Assembly (NCBI GenBank): GCA_031459385.1
Contig: JAVKIP010000036.1
Span: forward strand, 1 to 15,232
Reading direction: 5' to 3'
Source of the DNA: Candidatus Fervidifonticultor secundus
Lineage (GTDB): Bacteria > Sysuimicrobiota > Sysuimicrobiia > Sysuimicrobiales > Humicultoraceae
Length of the DNA: 15,232 nt
In this document: positions 8,133 to 15,066 of the stretch, piece by piece
Position numbering within the stretch: the first letter of the stretch is position 1
Layout of the letters: each line of letters begins with the position of its first letter
Notes under the pieces: model-generated
Databases searched by the model: none
The model's input: only the letters and a program-made list of their open reading frames with translations
Told to the model about the DNA's origin: nothing
Program-made: the position numbers and the translations under genes

Positions 8133-8344
8133 CCATCCCCTCTTCCGCGACGGGGTGCGCAGCCTGCTGGAGACCCGCGGCATGGAGGTCGTCGGCGAAG
8201 CCGGTGACGGTCAGGAAGCGCTGGAGGCGGCCCTGCGGCTGCACCCTGACGTCATCCTCATGGACATCACGCGCCGCGGTGGTGGCCTACGCGGCGCGCC
8301 GGGGTTGGCTGCGGCCGACCGCTACCGACCTCGAATCCCGCTGA
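8110..8344 (+). pseudogene. NarL/LuxR response regulator with large internal deletion
   Basis: GGAGGAGG 8091-8098; [20 protein letters not shown]…PDVILMDIT joined out of frame at ~8271 to the last LuxR helix [14 protein letters not shown]…*. Confidence 0.9.
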
Positions 8345-8353
8345 CCTCCCCCA

Positions 8354-8414
8354 ACGGGTAGGAGCATTCCTACCCGTCCGGCCTGGACCCCTGCGCATCA
8401 CGACTACCCGTCCG
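8354..8414. promoter_or_regulatory. Perfect 10-4-10 inverted repeat plus an 11-bp direct repeat; candidate operator or hairpin
   Basis: ACGGGTAGGA-gcat-TCCTACCCGT (8354-8377); CTACCCGTCCG at 8370-8380 and 8404-8414. Confidence 0.55.
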
Positions 8415-8544
8415 CGCGTTGTGGGCGGCCGCCCGGTGCCTTACCGTCGGAGCTGCAAGCACACCGTCCGGAACCGAGGACACGGTGGCGCACGGCGTGT
8501 CCCGGGAGGCGAGTCCTGCACTGCTCTTCGAGGAGGCGAGTGCG

Positions 8545-9011
8545 ATGCGACGCGTGGCGTGGATTCTCACCCTGAGCCTGACGCTGGCGCTGGCGGGAGA
8601 TGCACCGGCGGCCGAAGCCGTGCAGCGGATCACCATCACCATGCGCGACTTCAGCTACAGCCCCAGCAAAATCACCGTGCAGGCCGGGACGCCGGTGGAG
8701 ATCACCCTGGTCAACAAGGGCAAGGTCGCCCACGAGTTCATGATGTACGACCTGCCGAGGGCCATGGGCTCCATGGGACCCATGGGGGGCACGAGTGGGT
8801 CGAGAAGACCAACTACTTCCGCGGCCACGACCTAAAGGTCACCGGCGGACAGGTCGAGCGCAAAGGCGGTGCCGTGTTCGAGATCCTCGTCGGTCCTGGC
8901 CAGTCGGCAACGCTGCGGTTCACGCCGACGAAGAAGGGGACGTTCGAGATTTCCTGCCAGATCAGCGGGCACTACGAGGCGGGCCAGAAGGGCACCATCA
9001 CCGTCCGGTGA
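8545..9011 (+). CDS. Secreted cupredoxin (CopI/auracyanin-like) with Met-rich loop and axial Gln; single frameshift in G6 run 8784-8789
   Basis: AGGAGG 8531-8536; signal peptide; MRDFSYSPSKITVQAG…NKGKVAHEFMM…AMGSMGPMG, continuing in another frame HEWVEKTN…GTFEIS-CQISGHYEAGQ-KGTITVR. Confidence 0.85.
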
Positions 9012-9024
9012 GCGCTGAGGGGTT

Positions 9025-9045
9025 CCCGCGCCCCGCGGGCGCGGG
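9025..9045 (+). terminator. 9-bp GC stem-loop between two cupredoxin genes
   Basis: CCCGCGCCC-cgc-GGGCGCGGG; no U-tract. Confidence 0.4.
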
Positions 9046-9072
9046 CCGAGAGGCGGCGAGGAGGTGAAAGCC

Positions 9073-9519
9073 ATGAAGGGGCCTGGTCGAGGTGGTGCGA
9101 TGCTCGTCGGCGTCTTCGCCGTGGTCCTGGCCACCTTCACCGGCGCTTACCTGGTCACCACGGCATCACGCCCGACGGTCTCGGCGGCGCCCGTCGTGCC
9201 TGAGGTCCGGCGGTTCACCCTCGCCCTCCACGGGATCAAGGCCGGCGACGAAACGATGCGGCACTGGATGCCGGGGGTCGTGGTGGTGAACGAGGGCGAC
9301 ACGGTGATCCTGCGGGTCACCAACAGCGATCCCGACAGCGCGCACGGGTTCGCGTTGGCCGGCTACAACATTTCGGTCCCCACCGTGGCGCCGGGCCAGA
9401 CCGTGACGGCGCGCTTCCGGGCCACCCGGCCGGGCATCTACGCGTATGGGTGCATGCTGGCCGGCTGCGCGGCCGACCACGCGGACCAGGCGGGGCAGTT
9501 CGTCGTCCTGGGGAAGTGA
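9073..9519 (+). CDS. Membrane-anchored cupredoxin with CuA-like ligand loop (148 aa)
   Basis: GAGGAGGTGA RBS; N-terminal TM helix; WMPGVVVVNEGDTVILRVTN…AHGF…FRATRPGIYAYG-CMLAGCAADHADQ-AGQFVV. Confidence 0.88.
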   Translation: MKGPGRGGAMLVGVFAVVLATFTGAYLVTTASRPTVSAAPVVPEVRRFTLALHGIKAGDETMRHWMPGVVVVNEGDTVILRVTNSDPDSAHGFALAGYNISVPTVAPGQTVTARFRATRPGIYAYGCMLAGCAADHADQAGQFVVLGK

Positions 9520-9520
9520 C

Positions 9521-9843
9521 GTGGGCGTCTCCCGCCGGGCCTTCTTCAAGATCGCCCTGGCCGCGGCAGCGGCCGCGGGTGCGCGGGGAGGTCCGGGAGC
9601 GCTGGTCCGCCGGCTGCGCCAGGGGCCGCGCGGCGGGGTGCCGGCCCTGGCCGCCAGCACGGGCGTCGATGGCCCCGGCACCCTGGTGCGGCTGGCGGGC
9701 CTGCCGGGCTCCGACGGGGACGCGGCCGTCGCGTACGCCATGGCGCCGCGCAGGTGGCGCTGCTCGCGGCGATCCTGGGCGGGATCTGGGCGACCTACGG
9801 GTACGTGGCCTGGCTGCTATGGCCCATCCGCACGTCATCCTGA
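9521..9843 (+). pseudogene. Remnant: Tat-signal protein N-terminus fused to a membrane-protein C-terminus
   Basis: GTG 1 bp after the upstream stop; MGVSRRAFFKIALAAAAAAG (twin-arginine motif); after ~9745 a different frame reads QVALLAAILGGIWATYGYVAWLLWPIRTSS* (TGA 9841-9843). Confidence 0.6.
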
Positions 9844-9948
9844 TCACAGCCTGAAGTGGCCTTTCCTGGAATACGCAAGGGGCGCAGGCCGGTTGTGCCA
9901 GACGAACGCGCGACGAGGCGCGTGACCAGTGGGAAGGAGGTGTAACCC

Positions 9949-10464
9949 GTGGATTTCGGACTCCTGATCCTGCGGCTCGTCGTGGGCCTGCTCCTCGCGG
10001 GGCACGGCGCGCAGAAGCTGTTTGGATGGTTCGGTGGGCCTGGACTGGCCGGGTTCTCTGGCTGGCTGGCGTCCATGGGGTTCCGGCCGCCCAGGTTCTG
10101 GGCTGTGCTGGCCGGGGTGTGTGAATTTTCCGGCGGGATCCTGTTCGCACTCGGGCTATACAGTCCGCTCGGCTCGCTCCTGATCGCGGCGTCGATGCTG
10201 GTCGCCATCGCAAGAGCGCACTGGCCAAAGATCTGGGTCACTGAAGGCGGACTCGAACTGCCTCTCGTCAACCTCGCCGCCGTCACAGCGGTGGCGGTCG
10301 CGGGCCCGGGCGCGATCTCGCTGGACGCGCGTGCCGGCACCATGCTGTCCGGGACGCTGACGACGGTGGGCGTGATCCTGGTGCTGGCCGGGTGGATCGT
10401 TGCGCTGGTGAACTCGGGCCAGGGTCGCGCGCGGCAGGCGGCAGGGCCGGCTGGTCAGGCGTAA
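9949..10464 (+). CDS. DoxX family membrane protein
   Basis: AAGGAGG RBS; GLLILRLVVGLLLAGHGAQKLFGWFGGPG…EFSGG…HWPKIWVTEGGLE…GPGAISLD. Confidence 0.93.
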   Translation: MDFGLLILRLVVGLLLAGHGAQKLFGWFGGPGLAGFSGWLASMGFRPPRFWAVLAGVCEFSGGILFALGLYSPLGSLLIAASMLVAIARAHWPKIWVTEGGLELPLVNLAAVTAVAVAGPGAISLDARAGTMLSGTLTTVGVILVLAGWIVALVNSGQGRARQAAGPAGQA

Positions 10465-10566
10465 GGGGCCTCGACGGGCGCGCGGGGCAGCACGAGGAGA
10501 TGTGACGCGTACGTACACGATCGGGGAATAGCCCACCACGCGCTCGGCTGGCCCGGTCAGCTCGAG

Positions 10567-11280
10567 TCAGACGCGGCGCCAGCGGGGCACCCACCGGGGC
10601 GTTCGGGCAGCGTACGCCTGGTAGGCCGTACCGAACCGGTGGGCGAGGGCTTCTTCCTCGCGAGCAGCAAGTTGCGCGTAGAGGCGGACCAGCACGGGAA
10701 AGATCATCAGGCCCGGTAGCGTTGGCCAGTGGATCAGCCACCCGGCGGTGACCAGCAGGATCCCCAGGTACTGCGGATGACGCAGGTACGCGTAGATGCC
10801 GCCGGTGGCCAGGGCGTCCCCGGCGCGGTAGACGTCCCGCCAGCCCAGGACGACCAGCAGCACGCCCGCCACGGTGATCACCGACCCCACCGGCATGCCC
10901 ACGCGGTACATGTACAGCATGAACTGACGTTCGAAGAGCGTCAGCCCCAAAGCCGACGACAGGAAGTACACCGTCAGGGGGAACCCGAACATCTCGGCGA
11001 ACAGCGACACCACGAAGGCGGTGTAGATGCCGTGGGCACGCCAGTCCCGCCTCAGCCGCACCGGAATCAACGCCAGGAAGACCAGGAAGACTGCGACCGA
11101 TGCGCCGACGAGTCCCCAGTGGCCCCGCAGGATGCTCAACTGCTCGTCGCCGAGCCGGCCGCGGGCCAGCAGCGTGAGCCCGTGGCCGGCCCCCACCAGC
11201 ACCCCGGTCAGGGCCAGTCCCGCGGCGACCAGCCCAGCGACCGTCCCGGCTCGCCGTAGCATCTGTGCGGGCCCGTCCAC
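10567..11280 (-). CDS. Isoprenylcysteine carboxyl methyltransferase / PEMT-family membrane protein
   Basis: LFAEMFGFPLTVYFL, LATGGIYAYLRHPQYLG, REEEAL…FGTAYQAYAARTPRW; this subfamily is commonly seen beside copA/YHS genes. Confidence 0.9.
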   Translation of the reverse strand: MDGPAQMLRRAGTVAGLVAAGLALTGVLVGAGHGLTLLARGRLGDEQLSILRGHWGLVGASVAVFLVFLALIPVRLRRDWRAHGIYTAFVVSLFAEMFGFPLTVYFLSSALGLTLFERQFMLYMYRVGMPVGSVITVAGVLLVVLGWRDVYRAGDALATGGIYAYLRHPQYLGILLVTAGWLIHWPTLPGLMIFPVLVRLYAQLAAREEEALAHRFGTAYQAYAARTPRWVPRWRRV

Positions 11281-11286
11281 CTCGCG

Positions 11287-11445
11287 CTACGCCTTACCAC
11301 TCCGCAAGACGTACCTGCCGGGCTCCCTGTCAAATGCCGCCTTGCAGCCGGTCGAGCAGAAGTAGTACGTCGTCCCCTGGTAGTCCGATGTGCCTGCGGC
11401 CTTGCTCTCCTCCACGTCCATCCCGCAGACCGGGTCTTTGGCCAC
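11287..11445 (-). CDS. YHS/TRASH-domain metal-binding protein (52 aa)
   Basis: GGGGTGA RBS then GTG; AKDPVCGMDV…YQGTTYYFCSTGCKAAFDREPGRY. Confidence 0.92.
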   Translation of the reverse strand: MAKDPVCGMDVEESKAAGTSDYQGTTYYFCSTGCKAAFDREPGRYVLRSGKA

Positions 11446-11508
11446 TGCGATCACCCCCTGCGTGAGCTTCTTCGCGAACATCGTTACACAGCCGCCGGCG
11501 CCGTTCTC

Positions 11509-11582
11509 ATGCAGCACCGCATCGGCGACGCGCTTGCCGATGAGGTCGTAGCCGTTGCCGGCGACCCTCACCGGCGCGCCAT
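11509..11582 (-). pseudogene. N-terminal remnant of type II (archaeal-type) glyceraldehyde-3-phosphate dehydrogenase
   Basis: AGGAG RBS (11595-11591), ATG 11582, then with one frameshift VRVAGNGYDLIGKRVADAVL, matching the type II GAPDH start motif V.vNGYG.IGKRVADAV. Confidence 0.65.
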
Positions 11583-11605
11583 GGTACGGTCTCCTGGCAG
11601 CATCT

Positions 11606-12180
11606 TCAGGCCACATCTTCCTGCGAGTCGGCTTTGCACGTCTCATGGCAGGCCTTTGAGCAGAAGTCATAGGCCTTGTCTCTGTACTCTTCGGTGACCG
11701 CCGCCCCCTGCCGGTCGATCTCCATGCCGCAGACCACGTCCCTGACGGTCCGCGTGACCTCGGTGCGCTGCTCCTCGGACTTGCCAGCCTCGACCAGGGC
11801 TCGACGGGCTCAGGGGGCCACCACGAGTGCTTCGAGCGGCCTGGGCCGGAACTGCTTCAGCCGATTGGCGTTGGCGACCACCGAGAGAGCGCTCAACGCC
11901 ATGGTCGCCGCGGCGATGATCGGGTTCAGCAGCAGGCCGTATGACGGGGTACAGGACCCCCGCGGCCAGGGGAATGCCCAGCGTGTTGTAGCAGAAGGCG
12001 AAGAACAGATTCTGCCGGATGTTCCGCATCGTCGCCCGGCTGAGCGTGATCGCGGTCACGACGCCCTTCAGCTCGCCGGAGATCAGCGTCACGTCGGCCG
12101 CCTCGATGGCCACATCGGTGCCCGAGCCGATGGCGATGCCCACATCCGCCTGGGCCAGGGCCGGCGCGTCGTTGATGCCG
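11606..12180 (-). pseudogene. copA: 3' fragment of Cu(I)-transporting P1B-type ATPase with a degenerate C-terminal YHS domain
   Basis: Begins mid-motif at (GD)[39 protein letters not shown]; frameshift at the C4 run ~11947; [28 protein letters not shown] 11812-11810; same frame then [10 protein letters not shown]…YDFCSKAC, stop 11606. Confidence 0.9.
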
Positions 12181-12197
12181 ATTGGAGGTAGCCGACG

Positions 12198-12380
12198 ATG
12201 CCAAACGTGGGCCCGATGGAGTTGCTGATCATCCTGCTGATCCTCCTGCTGCTGTTCGGCGCGAACCGCCTGGCCGGACTGGGCGCCGCGGCGGGCAAGA
12301 CGGTCAAGGAGTTCCGGAAAGCCATCAGCGACGTCGAGGAAGACGTCAAGGACACCAAGCCGACCAAGCCCAGCGCCTGA
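12198..12380 (+). CDS. tatA: Twin-arginine translocase subunit TatA
   Basis: [30 protein letters not shown]…[10 protein letters not shown]. Confidence 0.92.
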   Translation: MPNVGPMELLIILLILLLLFGANRLAGLGAAAGKTVKEFRKAISDVEEDVKDTKPTKPSA

Positions 12381-12395
12381 CGGGTCCCGGCGGCG

Positions 12396-12933
12396 ATGGA
12401 AGACCGGCCGATGACCATCGTCGAGCACCTGGAGGAGCTGCGCCGGCGGCTCCTCCTGTCATTTGCCGCTCTGGGCGCCGGCACGGCCATCGGCTTCCTC
12501 TTTCGTCGACCGGGTCCTGGACCTGCTGGTCCGCATGATGCAGGTGCGCCAGGTGGTCTTCTTCGCCCCGGCCGAGGCCCTCTTCGTCCGGATCAAGATC
12601 GCCGTCCTGCTGGGCGTCTTCCTCGGGCTGCCGGTCATCCTCTATCAGCTCTGGATGTTCATCGCGGTCGGGCTGACCCAGACCGAGCGCCGGGTGGTCA
12701 TGATGCTGCTCCTGGCCCGGATGGGCCTCGTCTCGCCGGCGACGCTGGCCGGGACCCGCCGCTACGCCATCCTCCTGATCGTGATCCTGGCGGCCGTGCT
12801 CACGCCGGGCACCGACGTCATCTCGCAGTTGCTCATGGCGGTCCCAACCTACGCGCTCTACGAACTCAGCATCTGGCTGGCGCGGCTGGTCGCGCCGCGG
12901 CCGTCCTCCTACGTGGAGCCGGTCGTCGAGTAG
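12396..12933 (+). pseudogene. tatC: TatC with +1 frameshift (~12502) and in-frame internal deletion (~12697)
   Basis: [45 protein letters not shown] joined directly to VVMMLLLARMG…RRYA…AAVLTPGTDVISQLLMAVP…LYELSI. About 179 codons versus ~250 typical; central helices absent. Confidence 0.9.
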
Positions 12934-12934
12934 G

Positions 12935-13195
12935 GTGGCGCGGCGGCCTCGCAACCCCTGGTGGGTCCTGCTCGTCGTCGTGCTGGCCGGCGGGTTGCTG
13001 GGCAGCGTCATCGCCGAGGCGGTCGTGGGCTACCCGGTGCTGGGCTTCCTGGCGCGCGAGGTGCGCGCGGACCTCGATCCGCCGGTCACCCTCGACCTGC
13101 GCATCGTCAGCGTGACCGCGGGCGGGATCATCCGGCTCAACCTGGCGATGATCCTGGGCGTCATCATCGCGGTCTGGATCTACCGTCTGCTGTAG
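12935..13195 (+). CDS. DUF4321-like small membrane protein
   Basis: LAGGLLGSVIAE…PVTLDLRIVSVTAG…LNLAMILGVIIAVWIYRLL; starts 1 bp after the tatC stop. Confidence 0.75.
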   Translation: MARRPRNPWWVLLVVVLAGGLLGSVIAEAVVGYPVLGFLAREVRADLDPPVTLDLRIVSVTAGGIIRLNLAMILGVIIAVWIYRLL

Positions 13196-13405
13196 GCCGG
13201 CAGGATGGACCGGTAGCAGACGCGGGCATCCGCTCGCCAATGTGACCTTCTCCTGGTGCGAGAAGGGCCGCCTCCCCGGCGAGCACGTCTACCAGCCTTA
13301 CATCCCTTCCAAGTTCCTCTCCTCCCCATTGTCTTCGGTGGGTAGCTCCTGGGCAGCCCTGGAGCTAGGCGCGAGAATCGATGCACGTCAAATTCGAGAA
13401 TCGAC

Positions 13406-13434
13406 TTGCAAATATTCGTTTTGCCTTGTATAAG
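13406..13434 (+). promoter_or_regulatory. Sigma70-type promoter of the TA operon with an overlapping inverted repeat
   Basis: TTGCAA (13406-13411), 17 bp, TATAAG (13429-13434); GCAAA-N7-TTTGC (13408-13424); AT-rich patch in a GC-rich context. Confidence 0.6.
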
Positions 13435-13455
13435 CTTTTCTGGGGTGATGTTTTG

Positions 13456-13677
13456 GTGCGCACGACGGTGACGGCTCGGGGGCAGACTGTGATTCCAGCC
13501 AAGGTGCGCCGGGCTCATGGAATCGGCGCAAACACCCGCCTCGAATGGATCGACGACGGCCAGACGATCCGGGTCGTCGCCTTGCCGAAGGACCCTATCG
13601 CTGCGGCTCGTGGGGCGGCCAGGGGCCTCCGCCAAGTGTTGCTGCGGGAGCGCGCGCGCGAACGACAGCGTGGCTGA
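13456..13677 (+). CDS. AbrB/MazE/SpoVT-family antitoxin (VapB-like)
   Basis: GGGGTGA RBS; TTVTARGQTVIPAKVRRAHGI…RLEW; 8-bp overlap with the PIN gene. Confidence 0.88.
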   Translation: MRTTVTARGQTVIPAKVRRAHGIGANTRLEWIDDGQTIRVVALPKDPIAAARGAARGLRQVLLRERARERQRG

Positions 13678-14088
13678 GCGCTACGTCCTGGACACCTCGG
13701 CCGTCCTTGCCTTCCTCGGGGATGAACCCGGCGCAGAGGCGGTGGAACGCCTCTTACGGGGAGCCCGGGCCGCCGGCATGAAGTGCTGGTGTGCTCCATT
13801 ACCCTGATGGAACTCTTCTATACGGCTCTTCGTGCACACGGAGAGGACATGGCCGCGCGGTTGGCGGCGCTGGCGAAGACCTGGCCTGTGAAGTGGGTGT
13901 ATCCAGACGACAAACTCCTGTTGCAGGCGGGAAGATTGAAGGCCACGTACCGCCTGTCGGTCGCCGATGCCCTGGTCGCTGGCGTGGCGATCATGCAGGA
14001 GGCCACCCTGATCCACAAAGATCCCGAACTGGACGCACTTGGCGCCAGGGTGAAGCTCTTGCGCCTGCCGGCCAGGGGGAAGCGGTAG
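13670..14088 (+). CDS. vapC: PIN-domain toxin (VapC-like) with a single frameshift at ~13775
   Basis: YVLDTSAVLAFLGDEPGA, then in the next frame HEVLVCSITLMELFY…LSVADALV…LIHKDPEL; the acidic PIN residues are present. Confidence 0.85.
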
Positions 14089-14314
14089 GCCGAACGGAAA
14101 GCCTCTTCAGCCCCCGACCCCGGCGGTCGACGACAACCGGGCCCGGCCTGTCGACCGTGGTGGGCGAGGCAGAATGCCCGCGGCCGCTACTTCGAGCAGT
14201 TCCTGCCGCTCCGCTCCCGTGCCGGTCTCGAGGACTTCGGCATCCACCTTGTCGGTCTTGATCTCAGGTCAAGGTACTGGGGGCGATTTCTTTCTCAACG
14301 GAAGCAAGATTTCA

Positions 14315-14343
14315 TTGACCTCTTGCAATGACGGTGCTAAAAT
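14315..14343 (+). promoter_or_regulatory. Strong sigma70-type promoter, probably giving a leaderless mRNA
   Basis: TTGACC (14315-14320), 17 bp, TAAAAT (14338-14343) with extended TG; GTG 7 bp downstream, no RBS. Confidence 0.7.
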
Positions 14344-14350
14344 CACAGCA

Positions 14351-15066
14351 GTGCGGCTCTACCCCAGGGCTTTGCTTCCTCTGCTACGGGCGCGGATTGC
14401 GAGCCGGCCGGTCACCGTCCTGACGGGGGCGCGCCAGACCGGCAAGACCACACTCGTCCGCGACCTCCTCCCGGGCCCTGATCAGCCCCCCGGCGTCTAC
14501 TTCACCCTGGATGACCCGGACGAACGTCTCAGGCTCGCCGCCGACCCCGTGCGCCGTCTTGACCACGGCCACCGCTTGGTCATCCTCGACGAGATCCAGA
14601 AGGCGCCCGACCTCCTGGACGCGGTCAAGCTGTTGGCCGACCGCGGGGAGGGGCGCCGCTTCCTCCTCCTCGGGTCGTCTCACATCCTGTTGCTCCAGCG
14701 TGTACGCGAGACGCTGGCGGGGCGCGCCACGCTCCTCGAACTCTGGCCGCTGGCGCTCGCCGAGAAGGTCGACGCTCCGCAGGTGCCGACCCCGGCGCTC
14801 ACGACGGTCTGGGAGAGTGGGGAGGAGGCGCTCCGGCAGTTACGCGAGAGTCCTCTGTCCGCAGATGCCGAGCGGTGGTGGCCTGGCCAGGCTGAGGAGC
14901 ACATCCGGTGGGGAGGGTATCCTGTCCTCGATGCGTTCCCGGAAGCCGAGCGAGTCGTCTGGCTCCGGGACTTCCGGCGAACCTACCTCGAGCGAGACCT
15001 GGCGGGCCTCGGCCGGGTCGCCGACCTCGACCAGTTCGCCCTGGCCCAGAACCTCCTGGCCGCCGC
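14351..15066 (+). pseudogene. AAA+ ATPase (AAA_14/DUF4143 type), C-terminal part lost; absent from the ORF track because the frame runs off the window
   Basis: Manual translation: VRLYPR…VLTGARQTGKTTL (Walker A), VILDEIQKAP (Walker B), LLGSS, ETLAGR, GGYP, TYLERDL, ending QNLLAA. Confidence 0.88.

Noticed and set aside
9073..9519. nosZ or cytochrome c oxidase subunit II
   Set aside because: Only the cupredoxin domain is present; no beta-propeller, no second TM helix, no subunit I nearby.
11287..11670. 127-aa YHS protein as one gene
   Set aside because: Chance open frame across the copA tail and GAPDH relic; YHS has its own RBS and GTG at 11445.
11810..11812. Selenocysteine or readthrough at the in-frame TGA between copA and its YHS tail
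   Set aside because: Lies in a linker rather than at a Cys position, no SECIS recognised, and the gene is otherwise broken.
13242..13433. 63-aa ORF between DUF4321 and the antitoxin
   Set aside because: No RBS or recognisable motif, and it runs through the hairpin and TA promoter; at most a fragment.
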